From Sporomusaceae bacterium (GTDB taxonomy: Bacteria > Bacillota > Negativicutes > Acidaminococcales > JAJUGR01): a stretch of DNA of 64,000 nucleotides. A model generated the notes under the pieces. That model was not told where the DNA came from. It worked only from the letters and a program-made list of their open reading frames with translations, and ran no database searches. Numbering within the stretch: position 1 is the stretch's first letter; each line of letters starts with the position of its first letter. The translations under genes and the position numbers were made by a program. Of the stretch, positions 39,982-50,195 are shown in pieces. The stretch spans positions 112,118 to 176,117 of the forward strand of contig JAJUGR010000001.1 of assembly GCA_029265905.1 (NCBI GenBank), read 5' to 3'.

Positions 39982-41103
39982 TCAGGCTTGGAAAAGCCGG
40001 GTGACGCGGGGGGTGATCAAGCAGGTCAGCTCGTAATTGATCGTGCCGGCCAAGTCGGCCAGGTCGGTGAAGGTGATGGTCTCGTCGCCGCTTGTTCCCG
40101 CCAAGGTGACCGGTTCGCCGACACCGAAAGCGGGCGTTTGGGGACCGAGGTTAACCATCATTTGATCCATGCAGACGCGGCCTACGACGGGATAGCGCCG
40201 GCCTCGAATCAGCACCTCTGCCTGGTTGGACAGGTGGCGCGAGTAGCCGTCGGCGTAGCCGACCGGCAAGGTGGCGATGTAGGTGCGCTCGGTTGTGGTA
40301 TAGGTGGCGCCGTAGCTGATCGGCACGCCGGCTTCGACTTCTTTGAGGTAGACGATTTTTGTATACCACTCCATGACCGGCTTCAGGTCGGCCATCAGCG
40401 GAGCGAGCGCGGGCGCTGGCGGCAAGCCGTATAAAATGATGCCGGCCCGCACCATGTCGGCGTGGGTGGCCGGAAGCTGCAAGATGGCGGCGCTGTTGGA
40501 GAGGGTCTGCAGTCCAGGGGCGAGGCCGGCCTGCGCCAGTTGCGCGCAGGCGCTGAAAAAACGCTTGGCCTGGAGGTCGGCGAGCCGAGAACCGCCGGGT
40601 TCGTCGGCTGTGGCAAAGTGGCTGAACACGCCGACGCGAACCAACTCGGGGTAATCCGCCACGGCTTTGGCTAGGGCGACAAGTTCGGTCGGCAATACGC
40701 CGATCCTGCCCATGCCCGTATCAACGGTTAGCATGACCGGGACTTGGCAATGAAAGCGCCGAGCAGCGCCGGCCAGGGCGGAGAGGGCGGCCAGGGAGGA
40801 AACGGTGGCCGTCAGGTTGTAACGGCAGTAGCAGTCGGCTTGCTCCGGCAGCGACAGGCCCAGCACCAGGATCGGGGCGGTGATGCCTGCCTCCCGCAGC
40901 TCGGCGCCTTCCTCCGGGCAAGAAACGGCCAGGTGGGACGCGCCGGCGGCCAGTGCGGCTTTGCTGACGGCAACGGCGCCATGGCCGTAGGCGTTGGCTT
41001 TTACGACGGCCATGACTTTGGTGTCCGGCAGGAGCCGCTGGCGGATTTGCTGCAGGTTGTGGGCAAGATGGTCAAGACGGATGACGACGTGGGTGGGCCG
41101 CAT
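39982..41103 (-). CDS. alr: Alanine racemase
   Basis: PLP-lysine motif 'AVVKANAYGHGA'. 373 aa. Confidence 0.93.
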   Translation of the reverse strand: MRPTHVVIRLDHLAHNLQQIRQRLLPDTKVMAVVKANAYGHGAVAVSKAALAAGASHLAVSCPEEGAELREAGITAPILVLGLSLPEQADCYCRYNLTATVSSLAALSALAGAARRFHCQVPVMLTVDTGMGRIGVLPTELVALAKAVADYPELVRVGVFSHFATADEPGGSRLADLQAKRFFSACAQLAQAGLAPGLQTLSNSAAILQLPATHADMVRAGIILYGLPPAPALAPLMADLKPVMEWYTKIVYLKEVEAGVPISYGATYTTTERTYIATLPVGYADGYSRHLSNQAEVLIRGRRYPVVGRVCMDQMMVNLGPQTPAFGVGEPVTLAGTSGDETITFTDLADLAGTINYELTCLITPRVTRLFQA

Positions 41104-41223
41104 ATAATCACTCTTTCCGTGTTGATTTCAGGTGGTTCTCTGTTATACTCAATACTATACGACGATTGCATTGCTTTTGCAAAAATAAACTGCGCGGGCC
41201 GCAAGCGCGCAAAGGAGTGTCAC

Positions 41224-41700
41224 ATGCTGCGCATAGAAAGTTTTTCCGACCGTGAAACAAGCGAAATCGGCGCCCGGCTCGGTTGCCTGCTGCGTGCCGG
41301 CGACGTGGTTACGCTGGACGGCGAACTGGGAGCGGGGAAAACGACTTTTTCGCAAGGGTTGGCGAGGGGTCTGGGGGTAACCGAGATTGTCAACAGTCCG
41401 ACGTTTACGATCATGAATATTTATGAAGGTCGCGTCGCCTTGGCGCATTTTGACTGGTACCGCCTCGAGTCGGAAGAAGAGCTCGACTGTTTGGAACTGG
41501 AACGGGTCTATGGGCAAAATCAGGTAACCTTGATTGAATGGGCGGATAAATTTGCCGATGCGCTGCCGGCGGAACGGCTGGCGGTTCGGTTGGAATACGG
41601 CGGACAGCCCGACAGCCGAGTGATCACCATCATGCCGCTTGGAAAGCGCTACGAAGAACGATGTGAGGAGATGGCAAAAAGTGCTGGTTGCAGGGATTGA
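41224..41700 (+). CDS. tsaE: tRNA t6A37 biosynthesis ATPase TsaE
   Basis: 'LDGELGAGKTTF' P-loop and 'HFDWYRL' motif. The track ORF from 40744 is an extension antisense to alr. Confidence 0.9.
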   Translation: MLRIESFSDRETSEIGARLGCLLRAGDVVTLDGELGAGKTTFSQGLARGLGVTEIVNSPTFTIMNIYEGRVALAHFDWYRLESEEELDCLELERVYGQNQVTLIEWADKFADALPAERLAVRLEYGGQPDSRVITIMPLGKRYEERCEEMAKSAGCRD

Positions 41701-42385
41701 AACAGCGACGCAGGTTTGCAGCGTGGCGCTGTGGGACGGTGAAAAAAGGGCGTTGCTGGCGGAAAGTTCGCTGGTGCGGGGAAATACCCATTCGGAGCGC
41801 CTGATGCCGCTTTTGGATAATTTGCTCCTGCAGGCGGGCGTCGCCAAGCGGGAAGTCGGCGCGGTTGCCGTCAGCATTGGCCCGGGCTCGTTCACCGGCC
41901 TGCGGATCGGTCTGGCGGCCGCCAAGACGATGGCTTATGCGTGGGAAATCCCGTTGACGGGCGTGTCCACGCTGGCGGCGCTGGCGCTCAACGTGCCGGC
42001 GCCGGGCGTGATTCTTTGTCCGCTCTTGGACGCGCAAAAGGGCAACGCCTATCACGCCTGCTATATGTGGGAGGCGGGCTGCCTGAAAACGCTTCAGGCG
42101 CCGGAGGTTGTGGCGGTAGCGGACTTGTGGGAACGCTTCAGTGAACCGGGCTTGCCCGTCTTGCTGCTCGGGGAAGCGGCCAAGTACCCGATTCCTGAGC
42201 CGGTCAGACAGCGCGTGGCATTGCCCCCTGAGCCGGTCCGGCTTCCGCGGGCGGCGCTGGTGGCCGCTCTGGGGATGGAACAATTACAAGAAAACAAGGC
42301 CGACGATGTGTTTGGGCTGAGTCCTGCCTACATCAGACGGTCAGAGGCGGAGGAGCTATGGGAGAAGAGACAGCGGGGCCTATAA
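41681..42385 (+). CDS. tsaB: tRNA t6A37 biosynthesis protein TsaB
   Basis: 'VLVAGIETATQVCSVAL' N-terminus and 'GPGSFTGLRIG' motif. GTG 41681 follows a GAGGAG RBS. Confidence 0.85.
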   Translation: MLVAGIETATQVCSVALWDGEKRALLAESSLVRGNTHSERLMPLLDNLLLQAGVAKREVGAVAVSIGPGSFTGLRIGLAAAKTMAYAWEIPLTGVSTLAALALNVPAPGVILCPLLDAQKGNAYHACYMWEAGCLKTLQAPEVVAVADLWERFSEPGLPVLLLGEAAKYPIPEPVRQRVALPPEPVRLPRAALVAALGMEQLQENKADDVFGLSPAYIRRSEAEELWEKRQRGL

Positions 42386-42846
42386 TTGTCAGACGGTGGG
42401 AGAAAGCGGATTTGGAGGCGGTGCTGGCGGTTGAGGAGGCGGCGTTCGGCCACCCTTGGAACCGCAGCGCCTTTGAAGAAGAACTGGACAACCCGGTAGC
42501 CAATTATTTCGTCCTGGAACAGGCGGGGCGCATCATTGCCTACGGCGGTTTTTGGCTTGTGCTTGATGAAGCGCAAGTGACCAATGTGGCCGTGCACCCG
42601 GACTATCAAGGGCGGGGTCTGGGGAAAAAACTGCTGTCGGCTTTGCTGGATACGGCGGCGGAACTGGGCGCGGTCAGCTTCACGCTGGAGGTGCGCCGCT
42701 CAAATAAAGCCGCGATCAAACTGTATGAAGGCGCCGGCTTGCGGGTGCAGGGCGTTCGGCCGGGGTATTACGCTGATACCGGCGAGGATGCCCTCTTGAT
42801 GGGCTGCACCTGGCATGCGGAGCCGGAAGAAGAAGGGGAAGCGTAA
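42358..42846 (+). CDS. rimI: Ribosomal-protein-alanine N-acetyltransferase
   Basis: GNAT motif 'VHPDYQGRGLGKKLL'. Position is conserved between tsaB and tsaD. Confidence 0.85.
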   Translation: MGEETAGPIIVRRWEKADLEAVLAVEEAAFGHPWNRSAFEEELDNPVANYFVLEQAGRIIAYGGFWLVLDEAQVTNVAVHPDYQGRGLGKKLLSALLDTAAELGAVSFTLEVRRSNKAAIKLYEGAGLRVQGVRPGYYADTGEDALLMGCTWHAEPEEEGEA

Positions 42847-43862
42847 TGTCTGATTGTATCATTCTAGGCGTTGAGTCGAGCTGCGACGATACTTCCGCCG
42901 CGGTTGTCAAAAACGGGCGGCAGGTGTTGTCCAACATCATCGCCTCGCAAATACCGATCCATCAAAAATACGGCGGCGTCGTGCCGGAGATCGCATCGCG
43001 CAGCCATGTCGAGGCGCTGCTGCCGGTGATTGACGAGGCGATCAAGCAGGCCGGCGTGCAAAAAAACGACCTTTCCGCCGTTGCCGTTACCTATGGGCCC
43101 GGCTTGGTCGGGGCGCTGCTGGTCGGCTTGTCGGGCGCGAAAAGTCTGGCTTGGAGCCTCGATCTGCCGCTCATCGGGGTCAATCACCTGGAGGGGCATG
43201 TATACGGGAACTTCTTGTCGCATCCTGATTTGGAGCCGCCGTTTTTGGCGCTGGTCGTGTCGGGCGGACACACCTCGCTATTGGCGGTGCCTGACTATGA
43301 GACCTTTCAAACGATCGGACAGACCCGCGATGATGCGGCGGGGGAGGCCTTCGACAAGGTGGCGCGCGTGATGGGGCTGCCTTATCCAGGCGGTCCGGAA
43401 ATCGATCGCTTGTCAAAAGCCGGCGATAAAACGGCGATTGCCTTCCCGCGGGCGCTGGCGGACGCGCCGTACGACTTTAGCTTCAGCGGTCTCAAGTCGG
43501 CCGTCATCAATTATCTGCACCATGACCGTCAGACGGGGCATGTGACGCCGCCGGCTGATGTGGCGGCCAGCTTTCAGGCGGCGGTGGTTGATGTGCTGGT
43601 GGAAAAAACGCTGCGGGCCGCCGCCGACCACGGGTTCGAGACGGTTGTCATGGCGGGCGGCGTTTCCGCCAACAGCGCCCTGCGCGAAGCCTTGGCGGCT
43701 GAGACGAAGCGCCGCGGCCTGCGCTTCCTCTATCCCTCGCCGCTTTATTGCACTGACAATGCCGCAATGATCGCCTGCCGAGGACACTACTTGTTCCAGC
43801 AGGGGAAAACCAGCGACTGGCGGCTTAATGCTGTTCCGGGTTTGGCGCTGGGTAAATTGTGA
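42846..43862 (+). CDS. tsaD: tRNA N6-adenosine threonylcarbamoyltransferase TsaD
   Basis: 'ILGVESSCDDTSAAVV' N-terminus and 'HLEGH' metal motif. Confidence 0.95.
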   Translation: MSDCIILGVESSCDDTSAAVVKNGRQVLSNIIASQIPIHQKYGGVVPEIASRSHVEALLPVIDEAIKQAGVQKNDLSAVAVTYGPGLVGALLVGLSGAKSLAWSLDLPLIGVNHLEGHVYGNFLSHPDLEPPFLALVVSGGHTSLLAVPDYETFQTIGQTRDDAAGEAFDKVARVMGLPYPGGPEIDRLSKAGDKTAIAFPRALADAPYDFSFSGLKSAVINYLHHDRQTGHVTPPADVAASFQAAVVDVLVEKTLRAAADHGFETVVMAGGVSANSALREALAAETKRRGLRFLYPSPLYCTDNAAMIACRGHYLFQQGKTSDWRLNAVPGLALGKL

Positions 43863-43881
43863 ACAACAGCTGGGATTAACC

Positions 43882-44038
43882 TGTGGATAATGTGGGTAAG
43901 TCGCCTGGTTGGAGAAAAAACGCTTTGTACAGCGAGTTGCTGGCTTGTGGATAATGTGAACAAGTCGGTGGATAACAATGGGGAAATGTGTGGACAAGCA
44001 AAATGTTAAAACGCAATCGATGGATGTGTTTTTCCACA
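43882..44038. promoter_or_regulatory. DnaA-box cluster (2 perfect, 4 one-mismatch and 1 two-mismatch boxes)
   Basis: Perfect TGTGGATAA at 43882-43890 and 43946-43954. One-mismatch boxes: TGTGGgTAA 43891-43899, gGTGGATAA 43967-43975, TGTGGAcAA 43989-43997, and TTtTCCACA in the opposite orientation at 44030-44038. Two-mismatch box: TGTGaAcAA 43955-43963. Confidence 0.75.
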
Positions 44039-44082
44039 GGACGATCGCTGATCGTCCGCGGGATGGCGGGGAGGTGGCAGCT

Positions 44083-45495
44083 ATGAGAGCACGTATGCGC
44101 TGGGAAGGTTTGACGGACGAGCAAATCCGCCGCATTCGCCTGGTGTTGAGCGGATTGAATTTAGCCAGCGATTTGTCGCACGCGTTGGTGACGCTATATG
44201 TCCTGCCGCCGAACGGACGTAAAATGTGGATCGCGGGGCAGGCGCAGCCGGAGACCGGGTTTGTCCCGCACCGGGCGGCGGAAGAGGAACAGCCGACCTC
44301 TTTGCTGGAAGAGCCGCTGGTGTGGCGAAGTATCGTCAGCCGGCGCCACATTATCGGCAAACGCGAATGGGCGTTGGGCGTTTTTTTGGATATGCAGGTG
44401 TATCCGCTCCTTGACGGTGATAACCAGCCGTTTGCGGCAGTTTCGTTTGAGGTGGGTTCCAGCGAAACGGAACTGCCGGAGCAGCAAGTTTTCATTGAAA
44501 TGGCGTACCGGTTCCTGAGCGGTTTGCAAAAGCCGGTGCAGGGCAAGGCCTACGACCGACTGTCGCCGCGTGACGGGTTGGTGGTGGTGGAAAAATCGGG
44601 CCGTCTTGTCGCCGCCAACGATACGGCGAAGAATATTTTTAGCGTGATCGGCGCCACGCATATCGTCGGACGCCGCATCAGCGACCGGCAGATTCGGTTG
44701 GGTTTTGTGCGCAATTCCTTTTACACGGGCGAGCCGGAGCGGGCGGAGGTGGAAAAGCATAACCTCGTGATCGCGCTGCGTACGATCCCGGTGCTGGTCG
44801 ACGGCAGCCCGGAATGGGTCGTCGTTGTTCTGACTGACGTGACGGAGCTGAAAAAGAAAGAGCAGGAGCTCTTGATTAAGTCGGCCGTCATCCAGGAAAT
44901 TCACCATCGCGTCAAAAACAACCTGCAGACCATCGCCTCGCTGTTGCGGCTGCAGGCGCGGCGCACCGATTCGCCGGAGGTTAAGGCCGAACTCAAGGAA
45001 ACGATCAACCGCATCTTGAGCATTTCCGTCGTGCACGAATTTTTGTCGCAGCAGGATGAGGAAGTCATCGACGTGGCCGTTGTAGCGCGCAACATTTTCG
45101 ATGTTATTATTGAGAACATGCTGGATCCTTCGCTGGAGCTGCAAACCTCGTTCGAGGGCGGGACGATCGTTCTGCCCTCCTGGCAGGCGACGAGCATCGC
45201 TCTGATGATTAACGAACTGACGCAAAATGCCATTGAACATGCGTTTGTCGGCCGCAGCAAGGGGTTTATCGGCGTGCGGATCACGGCGGATGAAAAAGGC
45301 TGCAACGTCGAGATTTATGACGACGGCATCGGTTTGCCGGACGACTTCACGATCGGTTCCAGCCGCAGCCTGGGGCTGCAGATCGTCAAGACATTAGTGG
45401 AGAGCGACCTTGGCGGAACGATCCGGATGTTCAACGACAACGGGACGCACGCGGTTATCTGGATACCAACGGACAGGGAGGAGAGATCAGCATGA
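44083..45495 (+). CDS. PdtaS-like sensor histidine kinase (N-terminal sensor, PAS, HisKA_2, HATPase)
   Basis: HisKA_2 H-box 'EIHHRVKNNLQ'. No TM segments. GGGGAGGTGG RBS precedes ATG 44083. The track start at 43978 lies inside the DnaA-box region. Confidence 0.8.
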   Translation: MRARMRWEGLTDEQIRRIRLVLSGLNLASDLSHALVTLYVLPPNGRKMWIAGQAQPETGFVPHRAAEEEQPTSLLEEPLVWRSIVSRRHIIGKREWALGVFLDMQVYPLLDGDNQPFAAVSFEVGSSETELPEQQVFIEMAYRFLSGLQKPVQGKAYDRLSPRDGLVVVEKSGRLVAANDTAKNIFSVIGATHIVGRRISDRQIRLGFVRNSFYTGEPERAEVEKHNLVIALRTIPVLVDGSPEWVVVVLTDVTELKKKEQELLIKSAVIQEIHHRVKNNLQTIASLLRLQARRTDSPEVKAELKETINRILSISVVHEFLSQQDEEVIDVAVVARNIFDVIIENMLDPSLELQTSFEGGTIVLPSWQATSIALMINELTQNAIEHAFVGRSKGFIGVRITADEKGCNVEIYDDGIGLPDDFTIGSSRSLGLQIVKTLVESDLGGTIRMFNDNGTHAVIWIPTDREERSA

Positions 45496-46073
45496 GCAGT
45501 TTGCGCATTGTCATCGCCGATAATGAATCAATTATTCGTATGGATTTAAGGGAACTGCTCATTGAGGCAGGGCACGAGGTGATCGCCGAAGCAGCCGACG
45601 GCCGCCAGGCGGTCGAATTGGTCCGGCGTCACCGGCCGGACCTGGTCATCATGGACATCAAAATGCCGGAGATGGATGGCTTGGCGGCTGCGCGCATCAT
45701 TTCGGATGAGAAAATCGCCCCGGTACTGCTTCTGACGGCATACAGCCAGAAGGAAATTGTCGAAAAAGCGAAGGAGTCCGGCGTATTGGCCTACCTGGTC
45801 AAGCCGGTCAAAGAGGAAAACCTGTTCCCGGCCATTGAGATCGCCTTGTCGCGTTTCCAGGAATTCATGTCATTGGAGCATGAATTGGAGGGGCTCAAAA
45901 CGTCGCTGGAAGCCAGAAAACTGCTTGACCGCGCGAAGGGCGTGCTGATGGACGCCCATGGCTTGACGGAGAGCGAGGCGTATCGCCGCATCCAGCAGTA
46001 CAGCATGGCGAAACGAAAATCAATCAAGGAAGTGGCACAGGCCATTGTGACGGCGGCGACCCGCTCCCGCTAA
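45492..46073 (+). CDS. ANTAR-domain response regulator (PdtaR-like, REC + ANTAR)
   Basis: REC ('IVIADNE', 'VIMDIKMPEMDG') plus ANTAR ('KLLDRAKGVLMDAHGLTESEAYRRIQQYSM'). Confidence 0.88.
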   Translation: MSSLRIVIADNESIIRMDLRELLIEAGHEVIAEAADGRQAVELVRRHRPDLVIMDIKMPEMDGLAAARIISDEKIAPVLLLTAYSQKEIVEKAKESGVLAYLVKPVKEENLFPAIEIALSRFQEFMSLEHELEGLKTSLEARKLLDRAKGVLMDAHGLTESEAYRRIQQYSMAKRKSIKEVAQAIVTAATRSR

Positions 46074-46089
46074 ACTTAAACTGCTTTTT

Positions 46090-46117
46090 AGCCCCGAAAG
46101 GGGCTTGATTTTTTTTT
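46090..46117 (+). terminator. Rho-independent terminator after the ANTAR regulator
   Basis: agcccc-gaaa-ggggct followed by tgaTTTTTTTTT. Confidence 0.85.
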
Positions 46118-46144
46118 CTTCAGACGTTAATATAAATAATGTGA

Positions 46145-46171
46145 TTAGCACTCGCAGTCGTTGAGTGCTAA
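46145..46171 (+). promoter_or_regulatory. CIRCE operator (HrcA binding site)
   Basis: Perfect TTAGCACTC-N9-GAGTGCTAA, 50 nt upstream of groES. Confidence 0.93.
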
Positions 46172-46220
46172 CAATAGCGAAAAGCTAACTTTTACCAAGT
46201 AAAAGGAGGTAATCTTACAA

Positions 46221-46505
46221 ATGATTAAACCATTGGCAGACAGAGTGGTAATTGAGGCCCTGGCGAAAGACGAAGTGACCAAAAGCGGCATCGTCCTGCC
46301 GGATACGGCCAAAGAAAAACCGCAAGAAGGCAGAGTCGTTGCCGTAGGCAATGGCAAAGTGGCGGACAACGGTACGCGCGTAGCCCTGGAAGTGAAGGTG
46401 GGCGACAAGGTTATTTTCTCCAAATATGCCGGCACCGAAGTGAAAGTGGATGGCAAAGAGTATTTGATCCTGAGCGAGCGCGACGTTCTCGCTGTTGTTG
46501 AATAA
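46221..46505 (+). CDS. groES: Co-chaperonin GroES
   Basis: '[11 protein letters not shown]...[17 protein letters not shown]'. Confidence 0.98.
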   Translation: MIKPLADRVVIEALAKDEVTKSGIVLPDTAKEKPQEGRVVAVGNGKVADNGTRVALEVKVGDKVIFSKYAGTEVKVDGKEYLILSERDVLAVVE

Positions 46506-46538
46506 GTTTCGCCCCAGATTGATTTTTGCAGATATTGA

Positions 46539-48194
<1,656 letters not shown>

Positions 48195-48277
48195 TGCGGG
48201 CCTAAGCCCTTGTAGCAGAGGGGCTTAATGACTCGCGTGCATTGCGACTGTTGTTCCATTGTGTTAAAAATCGCTTA

Positions 48278-48330
48278 AGAGAGGTTGTTCATGAGTTGAA
48301 AAAACTCATGAGCAACCTCTCTTTTGTTTA
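48278..48330 (+). terminator. Rho-independent terminator after groEL
   Basis: Roughly 19-bp stem agagaggttgttcatgagtt / aactcatgagcaacctctct followed by tttgttt. Confidence 0.9.
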
Positions 48331-48601
48331 AAGGATTTTGTTGCGCAGTAATGAAAGTAAGGCAGCGAGTACCCGTTTTATCCATTGTTCCTGAAAGGGG
48401 ATGACGATCCTTCGTTGGTCAATGTATAGTTTCATAAACAAATATGTCTAATTTTATGTACATAAAAACAGCGAAACACGGGACGCAGGGGGGCTGTTTT
48501 ATTGGCTTTGTTAGCGTAATAGTTCGACCCGATGCGCGTGATGAGCGGAAACACAGGCTAGCAAGCTGTTTATGCATTTTATTTTTTTGTCGACACTGTT
48601 T

Positions 48602-48617
48602 TGGCACGCGATTTGCA
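48602..48617 (+). promoter_or_regulatory. Sigma-54 (-24/-12) promoter P1
   Basis: TGGCAC-gcgat-TTGCA matches TGGCAC-N5-TTGCA exactly. Lies about 120 nt upstream of the permease ATG 48741. Confidence 0.8.
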
Positions 48618-48740
48618 TATAAAACAAAGCAGAGATAAAACAGCTTCATCGACGCAGGCGAATAAAGGAGGGCATTGCAAAAAAGAGGTCAGTTGTACAG
48701 TCAAAACGGTTTAAACAAAAAAATTGGGAGGTTAATAAAA

Positions 48741-50138
48741 ATGGAAGTAATCGGCATTATTCTCAGTCTGTTCTTGTTGATGTTTTTTGCCTATCGGGGC
48801 TTTTCTGTTATCCTGTTTGCGCCGGTATTCGCGCTGTTGGCCGCCTCCATGTCCGGGTTGTCTCTCATGCCTGCATACACGGAGCTGTTTATGGCCAAGG
48901 CTGTTACCTATATTAAGTCGTTTTTCCCCGTTTTCCTTTTGGGGGCTGTATTCGGGAAAATAATGGAAGATACTGGTCTGGCTAAGGGGATAGCTCAGGC
49001 CATTATCAAGACGCTAGGCAAGGAAAGAGCCATTTTAGCGGTTGTCCTTGCCGGTGCCGTGCTTACCTATGGCGGTGTCAGTTTGTTTGTCGTCGTGTTC
49101 GCCATCTATCCTTTTGCCGCAGCCTTGTTCAAGGAGGCTGAAATCCCCAAACGGCTGCTGCCGGCTTCGATTGCGCTGGGCGCGTTCACAGCTACTATGG
49201 ACTGCCTGCCTGGCACGCCGCAAATTCAAAACTTGATTCCGACGAATTTTTTTGGCACGAATATCTATGCTGCGCCTGTTTTGGGGGTCATCGGTGGGGT
49301 TTCAATCTTTGCGCTGGGCATTACCTGGCTTGACCGGCGCCGCAAAGCAGCACAGGCCGCCGGCGAAGGCTACGGCGCGCATACTTTAAATGAGCCAGAA
49401 ATCAAAGAAGACCTGGCTTTGCCATCCTGGCAGATTGCCGTTCTTCCGCTGCTGACGGTTTTGGTTGTCAACTTCGTTATGAACCGCATGTTCACTTGGG
49501 ATCCTAACATGCTGGCCCCGTTCCAAGCGATGAAACTGCCGATGACGGCGCCGGCCGTTAAAAACGTTATCAGCATCTGGTCGCTGATTATTGCGCTAGT
49601 GGCAGGTATTTTGCTGACCGTCGCCCTTGGTTATCGCAACCTTGGCAAAGGCATGCTGGCCAAGTCGTTAAATGCCGGCGCGATTGGATCGTTGCTGGCG
49701 ATCATGAACACCGCTTCAGAAGTCGGTTATGGCAATGTTGTCGCGTCGCTGGGCGGTTTCAAATCGATTTCCGGTGCCTTGATGAGCATAAAAATTGGCG
49801 GTTCGCCGCTCGTGTCTGAAGCGGTTACGGTCAACGTGCTGGCGGGCATCACTGGTTCGGCTTCAGGGGGCATGTCGATTGCACTTGACCTGATGGCAAA
49901 GGACTGGCTCGCCTGGGCGAATCAGATCGGCATGTCGCCGGAAATATTGCACCGGGTTGCATCGATGGCCTCTGGCGGCATGGATACGTTGCCGCATAAT
50001 GGTGCGGTCATCACGCTGCTGGCGGTATGCGGCTTGACGCATAAAGATTCGTATGGTGACATTTTTGTCCTGACTTGCATTAAAACCTTGATGGTGTTTG
50101 TCGTAATTGCGCTGCATAGCATTACGGGCATCCTGTAA
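48741..50138 (+). CDS. GntP-family organic-acid permease (candidate hydroxy/short-chain acid importer)
   Basis: 466 aa, polytopic. 'FGKIMEDTGLAKGIAQ' and C-terminal 'TLPHNGAVI' resemble GntP family motifs. GGGAGG RBS precedes ATG 48741. Confidence 0.6.
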   Translation: MEVIGIILSLFLLMFFAYRGFSVILFAPVFALLAASMSGLSLMPAYTELFMAKAVTYIKSFFPVFLLGAVFGKIMEDTGLAKGIAQAIIKTLGKERAILAVVLAGAVLTYGGVSLFVVVFAIYPFAAALFKEAEIPKRLLPASIALGAFTATMDCLPGTPQIQNLIPTNFFGTNIYAAPVLGVIGGVSIFALGITWLDRRRKAAQAAGEGYGAHTLNEPEIKEDLALPSWQIAVLPLLTVLVVNFVMNRMFTWDPNMLAPFQAMKLPMTAPAVKNVISIWSLIIALVAGILLTVALGYRNLGKGMLAKSLNAGAIGSLLAIMNTASEVGYGNVVASLGGFKSISGALMSIKIGGSPLVSEAVTVNVLAGITGSASGGMSIALDLMAKDWLAWANQIGMSPEILHRVASMASGGMDTLPHNGAVITLLAVCGLTHKDSYGDIFVLTCIKTLMVFVVIALHSITGIL

Positions 50139-50195
50139 TTTGGTTCAAGTTGTGGAAATGACGAAATAGTGATGATCAAGGAGTGTGGGGGAAGA

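Noticed and set aside
40744-41223. Long upstream extension of the tsaE ORF
   Set aside because: The extension is antisense to alr. A conserved TsaE N-terminus begins at ATG 41224.
43882-44038. Possibility that the DnaA-box cluster is the replication origin
   Set aside because: There is no dnaA, dnaN or rpmH nearby, and I saw no obvious AT-rich unwinding element next to the boxes. The context matches a secondary DnaA-box cluster rather than oriC.
43413-44546. 377-aa minus-strand ORF spanning the tsaD 3' end, the DnaA-box spacer and the kinase 5' end
   Set aside because: It overlaps two confident plus-strand genes, and the translation has no recognisable features.
48419-48649. Small ORFs (76 aa on the minus strand, 64 aa on the plus strand) in the groEL-permease spacer
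   Set aside because: This is an AT-rich regulatory spacer containing the sigma-54 promoter. The ORFs have no RBS, and the peptides look non-protein-like.
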